From: Tubiluchus corallicola
Lineage: Eukaryota; Animalia; Priapulida
Direction of reading: 5' to 3'
NCBI GenBank assembly: GCA_030141605.1
Contig: JAQGDQ010000415.1
Span: 173,641-204,767 of the forward strand
Length of the DNA stretch: 31,127 nucleotides
In this document: positions 1 to 12,900 of the stretch, piece after piece
Position numbering within the stretch: the stretch's first letter is position 1
Layout of the letters: each line of letters begins with the position of its first letter
Position numbers and translations under genes: made by a program
The notes under the pieces: generated by a model
Databases searched by the model: none
What the model saw: only the letters and a program-made list of their open reading frames with translations
What the model was told of the DNA's origin: nothing

Positions 1-764
1 CTGCATGAAAATATTAGATCTATGTCAGGGTCAATAGAAACTTAACTGCTGATTAACTACTTTCCTTTTAAATTGGAGTTCTTTTATCAGGTCAAGTCGC
101 TTAACTGTGGATTGTTTTTTCAAGTTGTGAAAAATTATGTGCTGTTTAATATTTATACATGGAAAACACATTTTCGTGAGTGAATATACAAGTTGTTAAA
201 TTCACTCACAGTGCCATGTAAATTTGATAAACAAAGCATTATAAACTATTTTTAGATAGATTTAGATTTATTTATTATAACAGGATAGTTAGATCAGTAA
301 TATAAATTTAAAATACTGATTAGTAACTAACTAATTATCTAATGGCATAAAACTAGTCTAATACGGGAAAAAATAAACGAATTTCGCTAGGAATAGCTGA
401 AATAATATTATTAAATGCAGACCTAATTATATAGATTAAACCATATTTTTCACGACTACTGGAAACTTCTGTTATTGCACTCAGAAAAGTACAAAAGGAA
501 GTTATTTTAAATTTCTCTTAGTGGCAAAAATATAGATGCAAATATACGCGAAACGACATTGAAAATGCGTGTTGGCAGGTTGTCTGCTGCTGTTGCCTAT
601 GTAAGCCTTATATGTAACCCAGCAATCTCTTTATACGCAAGCACTTCATCATCTACCTGTGGTTGGCAAGCAACCAAGTGTTTCGAGTTTATTAATTTAT
701 TTAGTATCATATAAGTAATGTATGATATTATATTAGTAACATGTATTAGCATAAAGATACTTAC

Positions 765-965
765 TAACTTGCTCACACACATAACCAGCTTCGTCAGCTT
801 CGTTAGCCCAACTACGATCTACAAACGACCATTCCTGTTGTGAAAGTTTCAGCCCGGCAACATCCGTGTCAGCCTTCAATCCGTCATCACATTGTTTCAT
901 GACATCACACAGCGTAGGTACGGCAGTGTTCCACATGCTGACTGGCGTATTATGCCACTGCCATC
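765..965 (-). CDS. Exon 14: CTLD5 C-terminal part (WQWHN...LCDVMKQC...EWSF...GYVCEQV)
   Basis: Acceptor TTTTTAAG, donor A|GTAAGT; 201 nt, phase 1 to 1; YVCE terminal CTLD motif. Confidence 0.87.
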
Positions 966-3900
966 CTTAAAAATGCAAAAAAACGTTTTTTTATATCTTC
1001 TGATAATCAGAATACAGAATAATTTATTTGTCTCAATAACATAATCAACATAGCATCAACAAATGATGTGACAGCTAAGAGAGACAGGGTGGTGATATCA
1101 ATTTAGAAAAGCTAGCATGTCAGAAACGTATTTCCTATAGGACAATTATTGTGTATATATAAAGTTAAAACTAAAAAAGGCTAATCATGAAAATGTTCTG
1201 TACATAGTAAGAACTTCTGTAGTTTAATTGTATAATGAATAATTTTAGTATAATAATAATGATAAAATATAATAATAATGTATGAACTCGCATCCCAACA
1301 TAAGTAACATAACCCCTGATGTTGGTATAAGTAATAACAATACGATCTTTAATATAATATAATAAGCATAGCAAACACGTATATACAAGCGTGACAACAA
1401 GGATGATGACTTTCGCAGCCACTGCAGCCTCCACAGGATTCGGTGTGTGACTAACTATTAAATACTTGAGTGACGTCATACTTACGTCACGTGTTTTGGG
1501 AAGGTGTTCTGACTAGATTAACTAACTTATGTCACGTATAAATACCTGCAAATGACTTGTTTTCATGATATTGCATTTCTCCAGCAAGACTCCCATCAGG
1601 GGTTTTGTAAGTAAAATCAAAATCATCGAATTTTATTCCCACCCACACCGGATTATCGAGGTTTGCTTCATCTCTGCGCAAAATAATATACATATACATC
1701 AGTAAATTTATAAGATTTTTTCATATTTGTCTAGCATATTTTATGGTACATCTATTTATAAGCGCTGAACGCTTTACAAATATTATATAAGCATTAAAAA
1801 ACAGTCAATCGTTAAATATTAAAATAAGTAATTTGAAATAATTCGAATAATCACGAATCTTGCAACGCTTTTGAACTCAAGTAAGCTTTTTATTTGCACT
1901 TAAAGTTCTTAAAGAATGCACTTAGCTATGATGGCAGCAAATTCCAGTAATAAACACCAAACTAGGCATCGTTTGTAGACCGCACAAACTTTGCACAAAA
2001 ATTGTACGACAGATTGCAGCGGGCCTTTTTAAAGCCTGGATTTGAAACTAGAGATAACAGCTAGCTACCCAATGACGGCTTGAGTATAGGTACTGTGGTA
2101 CTGCATTATTGTAGGTTTTCACTCATTATTATCGATAATATTTAATATAATGATCTTTTTTCTTTAGCTCTTTTTTATATTTGTGCAGAACCGGCGCATG
2201 TGAGGGAAGTACAATTTGTTTCACAGCCCGAGCAGCGTGGTGTTAGGCTGTTGTGCGCATGCGGCCGCGCGCTCATGTCTGAGATAACATGCTGTACGCT
2301 GTCGTCTGCTGCTATGTAGAAAAGCACTGTGTCTGTCTCAGTAACAATAGCCACTTGTTTACCGTGTGTCATCATATTCTTGGACATGATAAAGTGTAAA
2401 CTTGGCGTGTGTACTTAAAACAATAATTATTTAATAATGGACGCCTTGCATTCCCAAGAAATAAGTTCTGTGACTGTAAGTGAAGTACAACAGCTTAATT
2501 TTTCACAGTTGTCTCTCCATGAGAAAGTTGCAGTTAAGAACAGAGGCCATTCAACACCTGATCTTCAATTATAAGTACAACATTAAAATTACATATGTTT
2601 GTTATGTTTCACACAGTATTAAAACAGTAGCTAAAAAGTAGCATCCCCACTAATTTTAGTTGCGAGCCACCACTGGAGCTGCCCCAAATACCGAGATATT
2701 AAATACCAATTATTTAATAAAGTAGCATTTCATTCTGGACACCGACCTAACAATGCTTTTATTATCATTTAAACACCTGTACAGATGTTTTACGTAATAA
2801 GTGTTTCTTATATTTTTGTAATAAAATGTGTAAGCTAAGTAAAAAAAATAGCAAAGGTATTTCTGAATTCTTAACTCACTATACAGTATTTGTATAAGCC
2901 TTATATTTGTACAAATGTAATTCTTATTGTTAACTAACACAAAATTTGTTCTAAAAGCTGTTTTCGCATTTTTATACTGACTTAGTTGGTCAGACAGTTA
3001 GGAAATTTATGTCTCATTTCAATAATTTGGTTCAGGAATTATTCCTAATGAAAGTATTTTGTCCCAGGCTCTCAGACAAAGAAAATTCAAGATTATTATT
3101 TGCCAGAAGCTGTTACAAGACTTTAATTTTATTACTGTAATGGCTATTAATTGGCTTACAGTAATAAATAGCTTTTTAGTAATAATAGTTTCATAACCAT
3201 ATCAATTATTATATTTATTAATACTTACAAATATTACTAATTATAAGTAATATTTTAATAATGTACCCTATGATGTATATATCATATACAAATATAAATA
3301 TAGTGAAACTGACATATGCAAAATAGTGTATGTTTTAATCACAGTAAGTTTAAGTATAGTATACAATGATTACCCTAGGAATTTATTTTCTTCCTTTAAA
3401 TAATCCAACACTATAAAGGCAAAAAGATGGCTAGATTGTAGCATGTAGAAACCTCTAGTACTGCAGTCCTGGAGTGCTTCCTTGTAGTTTAACCTTGTAG
3501 CTGATGCTTCGAAGCACGTCTTGTGGAAAGGTGCTAAGTGCCAATTAACTGGACAAGTGAGCTGTTCTAAAAATATGAAATATTATCCTAAGGTAAGCTC
3601 AATAGTAAATTCAATGCTGATCTTATTTCTTCCTGAGTCATTTTAAAAACTAGATTAAATGCTATGGATTTATCTAGATTTCTACTTTTTGATAAGCGCT
3701 TGTAAACAGGTAATTTAACCTTTTAGCGTTTCTCCCACATCATTGATTTGATAATTTTTTTAATATAAAGATTTGTTTTTCATTATTATCTGTGTGATAT
3801 GAAAATAAACAAGAAATAAAATTGCTTTTGAAATAAAACACAAACCTGCATCCATCGACATTTGGCAAATGGATGGCTTGGCAGAACCATACACCTCCCT

Positions 3901-6900
3901 ATATATAGTGCCTGTTTCTTTATTCACTGCTACAGCTGCATGGGTATCTAAAGAAGACGGATGACCATCTTCCCAGTCAATAAACTCTGTAGTCTCATCA
4001 ATTAGCTGATTGTTGGCTGTATACCAAATGAAACCAGTGTCATATACATTATTTCCACCTACGTGTGTGCTTAAAAAGAAAAATAACAAAAACACTCATA
4101 TTACTGTAAACAAATCAGAGTGTAGACTTCTATTCATAATATAGTTCTTACGAATAATCTTAGTTTTACGTAATATGTATCAAAATTGTATGGTCACGAA
4201 CTTTTGTAAGCTATATTTTTTGAAGTTACGAAGGTTTTTGGTCATTCGTAACTAAACTGGAAATGGGTTGTTGAGCATTTTATCACAGCAAAAGCTTTTC
4301 TTAATGATACTGCCACAATTCACATGGTTTTACTTCGTAATATGTTACTTAGTAACTTACTTAATGGATTTCCTGATGAGGCAGCAGGGCTAGCTTGATT
4401 TAAGTTAATATTAAAAATCAAATGAAACAAACGTTTGAAACTAATGGCCGTTTTCAACATTAAACGTTTTTTTCTCATAGCTTTTATCGATTTTATCTAT
4501 TCCTTTCAGCTTCTTCAGTACGGGGGGGTCAATCATTTTTGATACACTCTAATTAGCTTATCCGTCAAAAAATTTCAAAAAGATATTAAAAGCTCACTTG
4601 ATTGCAGCTTTACTCTCTGGTATGAGATCCAAGGCAGTGGCAACTACAGCAGCAGTATTCAGAGCAACTAGATCTGACGTTATTACAATATCATTCAGTT
4701 CACTGCAACCCACTCGAGCTCTATCATGAGTAAGTTCTGCATCTTGATATCGAAGACATCTTCGCTCCCCGGGTACAGCAGTCCAACCATCAGGGCACTC
4801 ATCAATACCTAAAAATGTCTTTAGTTAGTTAGTAGCGAAAGCAAAAACTTGTCAAATGATGTTTAAAGCATCATCCAAGTGATGTGTCCTGATTTGCAAA
4901 ACCAACAATTTTAATCTGTTTTTAAGTTTTCCATGTTTTTCCAATGCTGAATGGCATGTCTAAGCCTGAGACGCACTTTGTAGCACAAAGGCTTAAATCT
5001 CCTATTGTTGGTCCTTTCACATTTTGTCAGACTATCTTTACTCTTGTGTTCTTAATTATAATAAAATTTTCATCATGTGATTATGCAAGAGCAAAGATAT
5101 CAGCATTTTTGTATAGAGAATTTCAGCTCACTGATAATTATGGCGGTTAGGTTCTTATACACTTGCACAGCTGTAAACTAGGTAAAATCTAACACTCCAA
5201 GCTAATTGGCAAACAAGCTGTATCACCATAGTGATGGAGGCTTGTCACTTGCTTACACAAATGACGTCTATCTTAATGTCAATCATTTTCGTTGACTGCC
5301 CAATCAGCCTGCCAAATTAATTCACACCCCTGCAGAGCTTAATTAACACAGGTACATTCGGGACATTTAGCTACAGTTCTGTCTAACACTGTTATGAAAA
5401 ATGCTCACCTATTCTTTAGTTAGCGGGAGAAGTATTGGCCTGGTCCTAGATTTTATAATTGTCAATTGAAATAGCAAGCGAATTGGTGGAAATATATAGT
5501 CTAGTTTCGTTTATAGAAAGAAATGCACAACCCTTACGTCTAATGAGTTGCTGGTTAAACCATCTTACAATCATGCTGTTTAGTTTAGTTTATGGCTTTG
5601 CAAGTTAGATAAAGACAGCTATTTGATTAAATTTAAATAAGGACAAAACAAATTTTTTCTTTTCTGACCAGTTTTTATAAACCTCAATGAGATCATCACA
5701 GTAAAAATTCATTCAACTGTGGTCAAAACCGATATTATACATCAATGTAATATTAGTTAATTTTACACTATTTTTTTGGTTATAATCATGCTTAAAAGAT
5801 GCTATTGGGACTTATGTAACTTGGGCATCCAATATAAGGTGCGTCTAGGGAACGGAACAGTCAAATTTATTGCATTTCCATAGCCTAACAAACGGAAAAA
5901 TACAAAACTGAATAAATCTTGCAGACGAGTGCAGGATATTAATATAGAAAAATGCATCACAGGCTTGATGTTCGTGCATTTAAAGATATATTTTTGTTGC
6001 TCATTTATTGTAAAGCACGGCTAACTGGCTTAGTTTCTTTATTATACTTATGTCTCTGCATTTTGTCCTGGTTTGAAACTTTGAAACAAACTTAAATTGA
6101 AAAGTCATTTTTTGGCTACTTAAAGTGTTAATTTCGTGTAAAAATAGCTGCTGCTCTGCAAATTGGTGTTTACGGAAAAGTCACTTTCGTCTGCTGATTA
6201 GACATTAGTTGTGACTGTCATGTTGTTTAGTTCAGTTTAGACAGTTGCTGTCCAGCTTGAGCTGTTGTCACATCGCTAGGTGTTTAAATGGCGTGTCCGA
6301 TCTAAGGATTACGTAGTAATATAAATGTCTATGGTCACGACACAACACTAGTTTTCAAACATTTCCTCAAATAACGACTTATAAATAATTTTGCAAACAC
6401 GTGGTTGGTTTTATGAAACAAAATCGAGAAATATATTTCAAGTCAAGTTCAGAAAGTAGTTTCGGTTTCAGTGTAACTGAGGTCAGCTTTGAGCTTCTTC
6501 ATTATTCTTCTACAGACTACACTAGTGATCAGAACTATTATTACCAACTGTTCCTACTGTGGCAGGCCTTTCGCATGCGTAATAGAGGCGGTCACTGCAG
6601 TGTCTTGGTTCGTAAAGATACCAATTCAGGTTGTTTGCGACGGCACAGTCCTTATCCGAATCCTGTACAAAAACATTATTAAAGGACAAGAAAAGAGGTA
6701 CCAAAAGCAAAACAAAAACGCCTTAAAAATTATATTACTTTTTACATACATATATCGTACTCGGGTTGAAAGGATTTTTTTGTTTTCATTTTAAATCTCC
6801 AGCAACACTGTTCCGACGGCGCCGTTACATGACTTATGCGCAACGTAAATCAGGGGAAGAAAACTAAATGTTAAAATATGTCCAAAAAACTTTCCATGCA

Positions 6901-9900
6901 AAATTACTTAGCATTTCGCTTACATGCTTGAAATACTTATGTAACTGCAAGAGAAAATCATTAATTTTTTAAAATGTTTTCACCAATTGGTAAAGCGTCG
7001 CTGACTCACCCTCAAGGGTGCACCACTCACTAACCAAAAACGTATTTTTAATCTTATTGACAAGATACAGTAATTTTAAATTTTACTTATTTAGCAACAT
7101 GTACGCTACGAATGCTCTGATTATTTTTTCAGACTTCACTCAAAGTTATCTAAACTTGTTTCAAATGACTTATCGTCAAAATGGCTGCATCTAGCGGTCA
7201 CTGCGGGAATTTAAATTTACATGTTTTATACAGCGTTATTGCCGACGCAAGCCCTGTATGCAAAAAGAGCAGTATGTAAGTGGTATAAAATTTGAAGACG
7301 AATTTTTTAAACTTCATGTAAGTTTGATGTTTTCTTGTGCTTTACCAATAATGAAATCCGGATATTTTTTTCTCAAAAACAGGTAAAAACAAATACATTC
7401 GACAAGCTTGATTGCTTGTATAAATGAACTCGCTTAAATTCACAAAAGAGTAACGTGACAAGTAGGCCTTTTCAAGATTCAAGAAATTTAACGTTTTCGC
7501 ACATCTAACATGATCGCTAAATGCTGACAGATAAAATTAATAAGAAAATTGGTATCGAAAAAATTGAATTTGCTAAACAGCTTTAAGCGAGAGGGAGAGT
7601 CGGTCCTTATGGCACACTGTTAACACTAATTTATGTCTAATTTATGGCAGTGAAAAGGTTGCATTACGCTTAAACCTTAATGGGTATTGATTGATTTGCT
7701 CTTACCTATGATTTTGCATTAATTTTGCTGTGAAAATAATCCAGGCAAAAATAGTCATTAGAGAAACATAACGAACGATTTGTATAAATCGTGGCCACAC
7801 TAATAATACACTTTAATAACAAATTTAACTGTTACACTTTACATTACGTTACAAGTTACAAATTAGAACAAAGATAATCACATAATTCACAGCACTTTAA
7901 ATAATCTCACATATAGGCCTATATAAAAAAACAAGAAAAGGGGACCATCTTTTGTGGTACCTGCTAATAGGTGGCCACCGATCAGCGGTGACACTTCCTT
8001 TTTATAAGCAAGGTTAACTAAACGCATGAACGAAGCATATGATCTAAATAATATTGTAAGGCCACCAAAGAAGCCAGACTTGGTTTAAAGCGGATTTTCG
8101 ACATATGGAGAGTTCTGCAAACTTCATCACACTTTAGTTTAACCACTACTGATTATTTGATGTCATTTCTGTGTTATGCTTAGCCTCTCAAGCACAGATA
8201 TTTAAATAAAATTAAAAAAAATCTTTAGTCATTAACGCATACGTGTGTGTAATGTATGTGCTGCATGGCCAATAACTATCTATTTAAGTTCATTACTCGT
8301 CATATGTATTACTTCTGTAAGGTGTGGGGGCCGTTATATTCCAAGAAAACAGGAGTTCTGGGTTTTAGTTGTCCAGGTAATTCGCAGGTGCCAAACACTT
8401 TAAATCAATTACTGAATAAAATACATTCTAATATATATATATATATTGTCAGTCCAGTTCAGTGTAAATGTGCCTGGGCATATTCCAAAAAAAAGTTTGA
8501 AACCTTTTCATAAAGACTCGGTTCAAATTCGTAAGCTTGCCAGTCAGTCCATGCTCCCGGTAATCCTATAGTTATGCCATCCAACCATTTATACTTGTTA
8601 TCACCATCAATGAAAATCAGTCCAATTGGGGGACCCAAACCGTCGTTACCACTAGCATCATTACTAAGATCTACTGCGAAAGTCCTTGAACTAAAAAGAA
8701 ATAGTTCAGTATGTTATGAATAAAATTTAGAATATGAATTTCAGTGGATATTATTGGGTTTATCAGATGAATCAGATTATGATGATAAAATCGCTCCTCC
8801 CTGAGTTTGAGATGGAAATTCATATAATTTGATTATAAGGGACTCACCCAGCTTGTAGCTTGAATTTAATGAGTTAGAGAAGTTGAAATCGACAAGCAGA
8901 GATGCCACAGCTAAGTTCAATAGTTTAAATTTAATAAGCAGAAATGTCGCAAAGTAGTGAAACTGGCAGGTGCAGAATTCAAAGGGATGCCGTTTGTTAA
9001 CAGTGTGCATACCAATTAGAGAACAAGACAGTAGGGTCAGTAGTGACCGTTTGTCGTGTGGCGAGTAAAGAAATCATTTTGTGCAAACCCAGTAGCAGCA
9101 ATTATTGATCATAAAGTTAGCTATGGAAAACATTACCCACTGTCTAGGGGGTAAGATTGCCCGAGATGGTGCAATCCTCCGTGGTCAATGCGCAATAGAG
9201 ATTTTGCTTTGTAAGCTTGGAAAAAGTTCAAGCACACACACACAACAAGGGAGTGAGGAACAGGCACACGTCCCGCGAGAGAGGAGGACAGTGGTTGCCG
9301 TGTTGCTGTTGTTGTGTCCGAGACAAAATGCAAGACGTCAGAATATCGTTAGCCCAGCGTGGTGATACAAATGCGTACTTTGCGAAGTCAGAGCACTGGT
9401 GCTGCGAGGTCTCGTAAAGGAACAAGGACCTGGCCAATAGCAATTGTAAATTGGCCAGTCCGCGAGTTAAGTGAACTTACTTATTTTTTGTAACTTGTAT
9501 CTGATAACTGTTTGTATCAGTAACGTAGTTTTGGATGTATAACTTAAGCACCTTCAGTGCATCATAGTGACTTAAGGAACAGTTCTAGTGGATAGTATCT
9601 CTTTGGGATTAGAGAATATTTGTAAGCGCTCACCGGCGCATAGGAACAAATCCTGTATTGATTCCGAGGTTGATCTAACGTGTAATTTGTAATTACAATA
9701 ATACTATTCACTGAGTTAACTTAACCACTGAGTTGTGTTAATCTTTAATGCATGACTTGTGGCTCGGAATCGCAACACTAAATCCTTGATTCGAACCTGA
9801 AAAATTTGCAGTGTGCAGCTCATTGCGGGAGCTCGCTTGTAAACTCGAGGGATAAAGATCTGACTCACAACGCAAGTTCGAGGTTACAGTTGTGTAGGAC

Positions 9901-12900
9901 CAGATCATTGCCTTATTAACTGAACCGAAGCCCTCGGAGTCGGGCAATTGATAGAATGGCTTAATCAGTTGGCTGGAAGCAATCGGTGTGCGAATCGTCA
10001 TCATTAATTCGATTAATTGCTTAATTAATCAAGATCGCTCATTACAAAAAGGGTGGGTGATAAGTAACTTTAGTTCGTTTCTTTCTCTAATAAGCCCAAA
10101 ATATTTTTAATCATTGCTATTACAATCCAAATGTTTTAAAATGTTGTAACGTTGTTGGGGCTACTAGGTTGCCTTATGAATACTCTTATCTGCATATTAT
10201 AAGACTTCAAAAATTCTATTAGTTCAACACTAGGTGACTTTATAAAAAGTGTGCAGCTAAAACTTGTTACAAAGTCTACTCAACTCAAAGTCGCTTAGCT
10301 TTGCCAAACGTGCCAAAAACTGTTGAAGAAACTTTACGAGCAGTAAACAAAAATTTCAGAAGGTCGACTGCACTTATGCATCTCTAGACCGCATTAATGC
10401 ATATTATTTTATTGTCGTTGCAGCGCCACATAGTGGTCGATGTCACAAACAACGACGCTCATGTATACGTTCTGTGGAACTGCAGTATCCCGTAATTTCG
10501 CTCGATATGATCGATAATATTCAGTATAGTAAGTATTTTTTCTTTAGTTCTTTCTCTATACTTGTGCGGAACAGGAGCACGTGAGGGTAGTACTGTTTGC
10601 TTCACGGCCCAGCACAATGCGCTCCAGCAAAGTGGTGTTTGGCTGTTTTGTGCATGCGGACATGTCTGAGCTTAGGTACAGAAAGTACTATCGCTCACAC
10701 AGTTTGTTGTCAGCTGACACGTGCTTACCGTAAATGGACAAAACTTGAATTGTGACAATTTAGGCTATTAGTAATCAAAAAATATTTTTTGGTTTAGGAT
10801 TTTATCAAGTTTATGTATAAACTTTCGTATGTTTGTTTGCTTAAAATTTAAATCACAAATCAAAACATTAAAATTACATGATATGATTGTTTCGTTTTAC
10901 ATGGTGTTAAAAAACAATGGCTAACAATTTTCTGAAACAGCACTGCAGTAATTTTAAGCACGAGCCGTCACTGGATACAAAAGTGAAAATAACGTGCAGT
11001 GAAAAGTGCATGCAATTTCAGGACAACACTGGAACAAAATTTCTGTGTTCATATAAAGTTTGTACGGGCAAATAATCGTAATTCTGTGATAACTTTGTTA
11101 TCAAATTGCAAAAATTTATAAAATTACTAATTGTAAAAAATAAAGATCTGCACATCTGTACTTACTTTGAAGTCAAAAAGTCAAATGCCTCCTTTGTCTT
11201 CAACAGAGGAAGTTGTCCATCGACGGTCTCACATAGATGTCTCGCCTCGTATGCAGCAACATTATTCTGATTGTAGTTAAAACAGTGAGAGACCCCATGC
11301 TCGTCTACATACATGTCCTGCTCGTCATATTCTGTTGGGCAGCTGTTCTCTGAAAAAATAGACCTTTCTTAAACTTTTCTGACTTCACTAATTAATTAAC
11401 TACAGCAGGCGCCTTTTATTAGACTCCTGGTTAATAGACTCAGTCGCCTAATTGACTCAAAAACGTCTGGAACGGGGCCGCTCCTATTCAAATGTTTATA
11501 TAAAAACTGTCTGTAATTGACTCAATATTTTTCCTTAAAAAAGACGCTTGTGTGTGACCAAAGAGCTTTTACCGCCTTTATGTCTCTTTACTTCAGTTTT
11601 GTGCACTGTAATATACGTAGAAACAGTCTGTTAAATACAGCTTTGTTTGTAAGCAGGTACAGTATGTTTATCATATGTACTAATATGTTAGCATGGCGAT
11701 TTTGCTTTGAATCTGTCACCCGCTTATCTGTTGCAATTAACCTTGATGTTTCTGGAAGCTAAACATTTAATCACTTGACCAGTGGTTTGCTTTTGAAGCT
11801 CCCGCTGCTTTTCACAGGAGGAACAAGGTCATCATCAACTGCAGCTCAAGCACTCAGGTGTTTTGAGTGAATGTGTGCTGTATACAGCAACAGATTTTCA
11901 ACGTTTTTATCTCAATGAGAATTTCATAAACCAACTTCTTCGTCAACAAATGAAACAACTGAACTTGCATAAATTTTTGTAATTTTTGATGGCAAAAATC
12001 TTATTTGTGTAATTTTTTTTCTTTTTCATTAATTTACTTACATAAATTAGTGTTCTTAAATAATTGCACATGGGAATTTTGACATTAAATCGTTTCTAAA
12101 ATTCATTTACAGTCTTTGCAATGCATACTAATCTGATGAGTCACGACTCATACTTCTATAGTAGTAATAGGTAACACCCGTCTGTTAATTGATTCAGTCA
12201 GTTAATTGGGTCAAAATACTTCCATCCCAAAGTGAGTCTATTAGGCGCCGCCTACTGTAACATTAAATAATAAAATCAATATTATACTGATGTACATTAA
12301 CTATATTAGAGCACTTTGTTGAACATCCCAAATTCGTAGCTTGGGATTTTTTCTGCTGAATATCGTATTTTTCACTTGCCTACAGGTGTTACCATCTCGC
12401 AGAAGAAACTGTGATACTCTGCGCAGCTATCTTCTTTCCATTGTCCCAGCTCTGTATCAAGAATCACACAGTCCTTGTCGACATGCGTGTCCTGGATGGC
12501 TTCTCTCCAATTTCGCCAAGACATCCATATCCATTTAAACGCCTCCGTGTAGTCAAAATGTCCGACTTGGGTGCCATCAGACCAATCAAATGTAAAAGTG
12601 TAATCGTTAAACCTCAAGGCAATCCACGCTTTTGTTTCTCCTAATCTGTTAACAAAGATAAGCAGTAAGTAATGATTAATACATTATACATTATAGTTTA
12701 TACATTATATTTTATACATTAGACTTTGTACATTATACACTATACTTTATACATTATACTTTATACATTATACATTATACATTATACATTATACTCTATA
12801 CTTTATACATTATACTTTTTACATTATACTTTATACATTATACTTTATACTTTATACATTATACTTTATACATTATACACTATACTTCATACATTATACT

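Noticed and set aside
4373-4440. CTGATGAG hammerhead-like start
   Set aside because: No stem II closing onto a GAAA and no helix III or cleavage triplet.
6401-6794. Plus-strand ORFs at 6401-6794 (also 12341-12644 and 16243-16482)
   Set aside because: Antisense shadows of real minus-strand exons with no independent coding signal.
7802-8200. Possible minus-strand LINE 3' end
   Set aside because: Only a vague resemblance; no second copy or convincing peptide motif in the window.
12135-12150. CTGATGAGTC..GACTCA as a hammerhead
   Set aside because: No GAAA follows the hairpin; it is a subterminal GACTCA motif of the pogo-like element.
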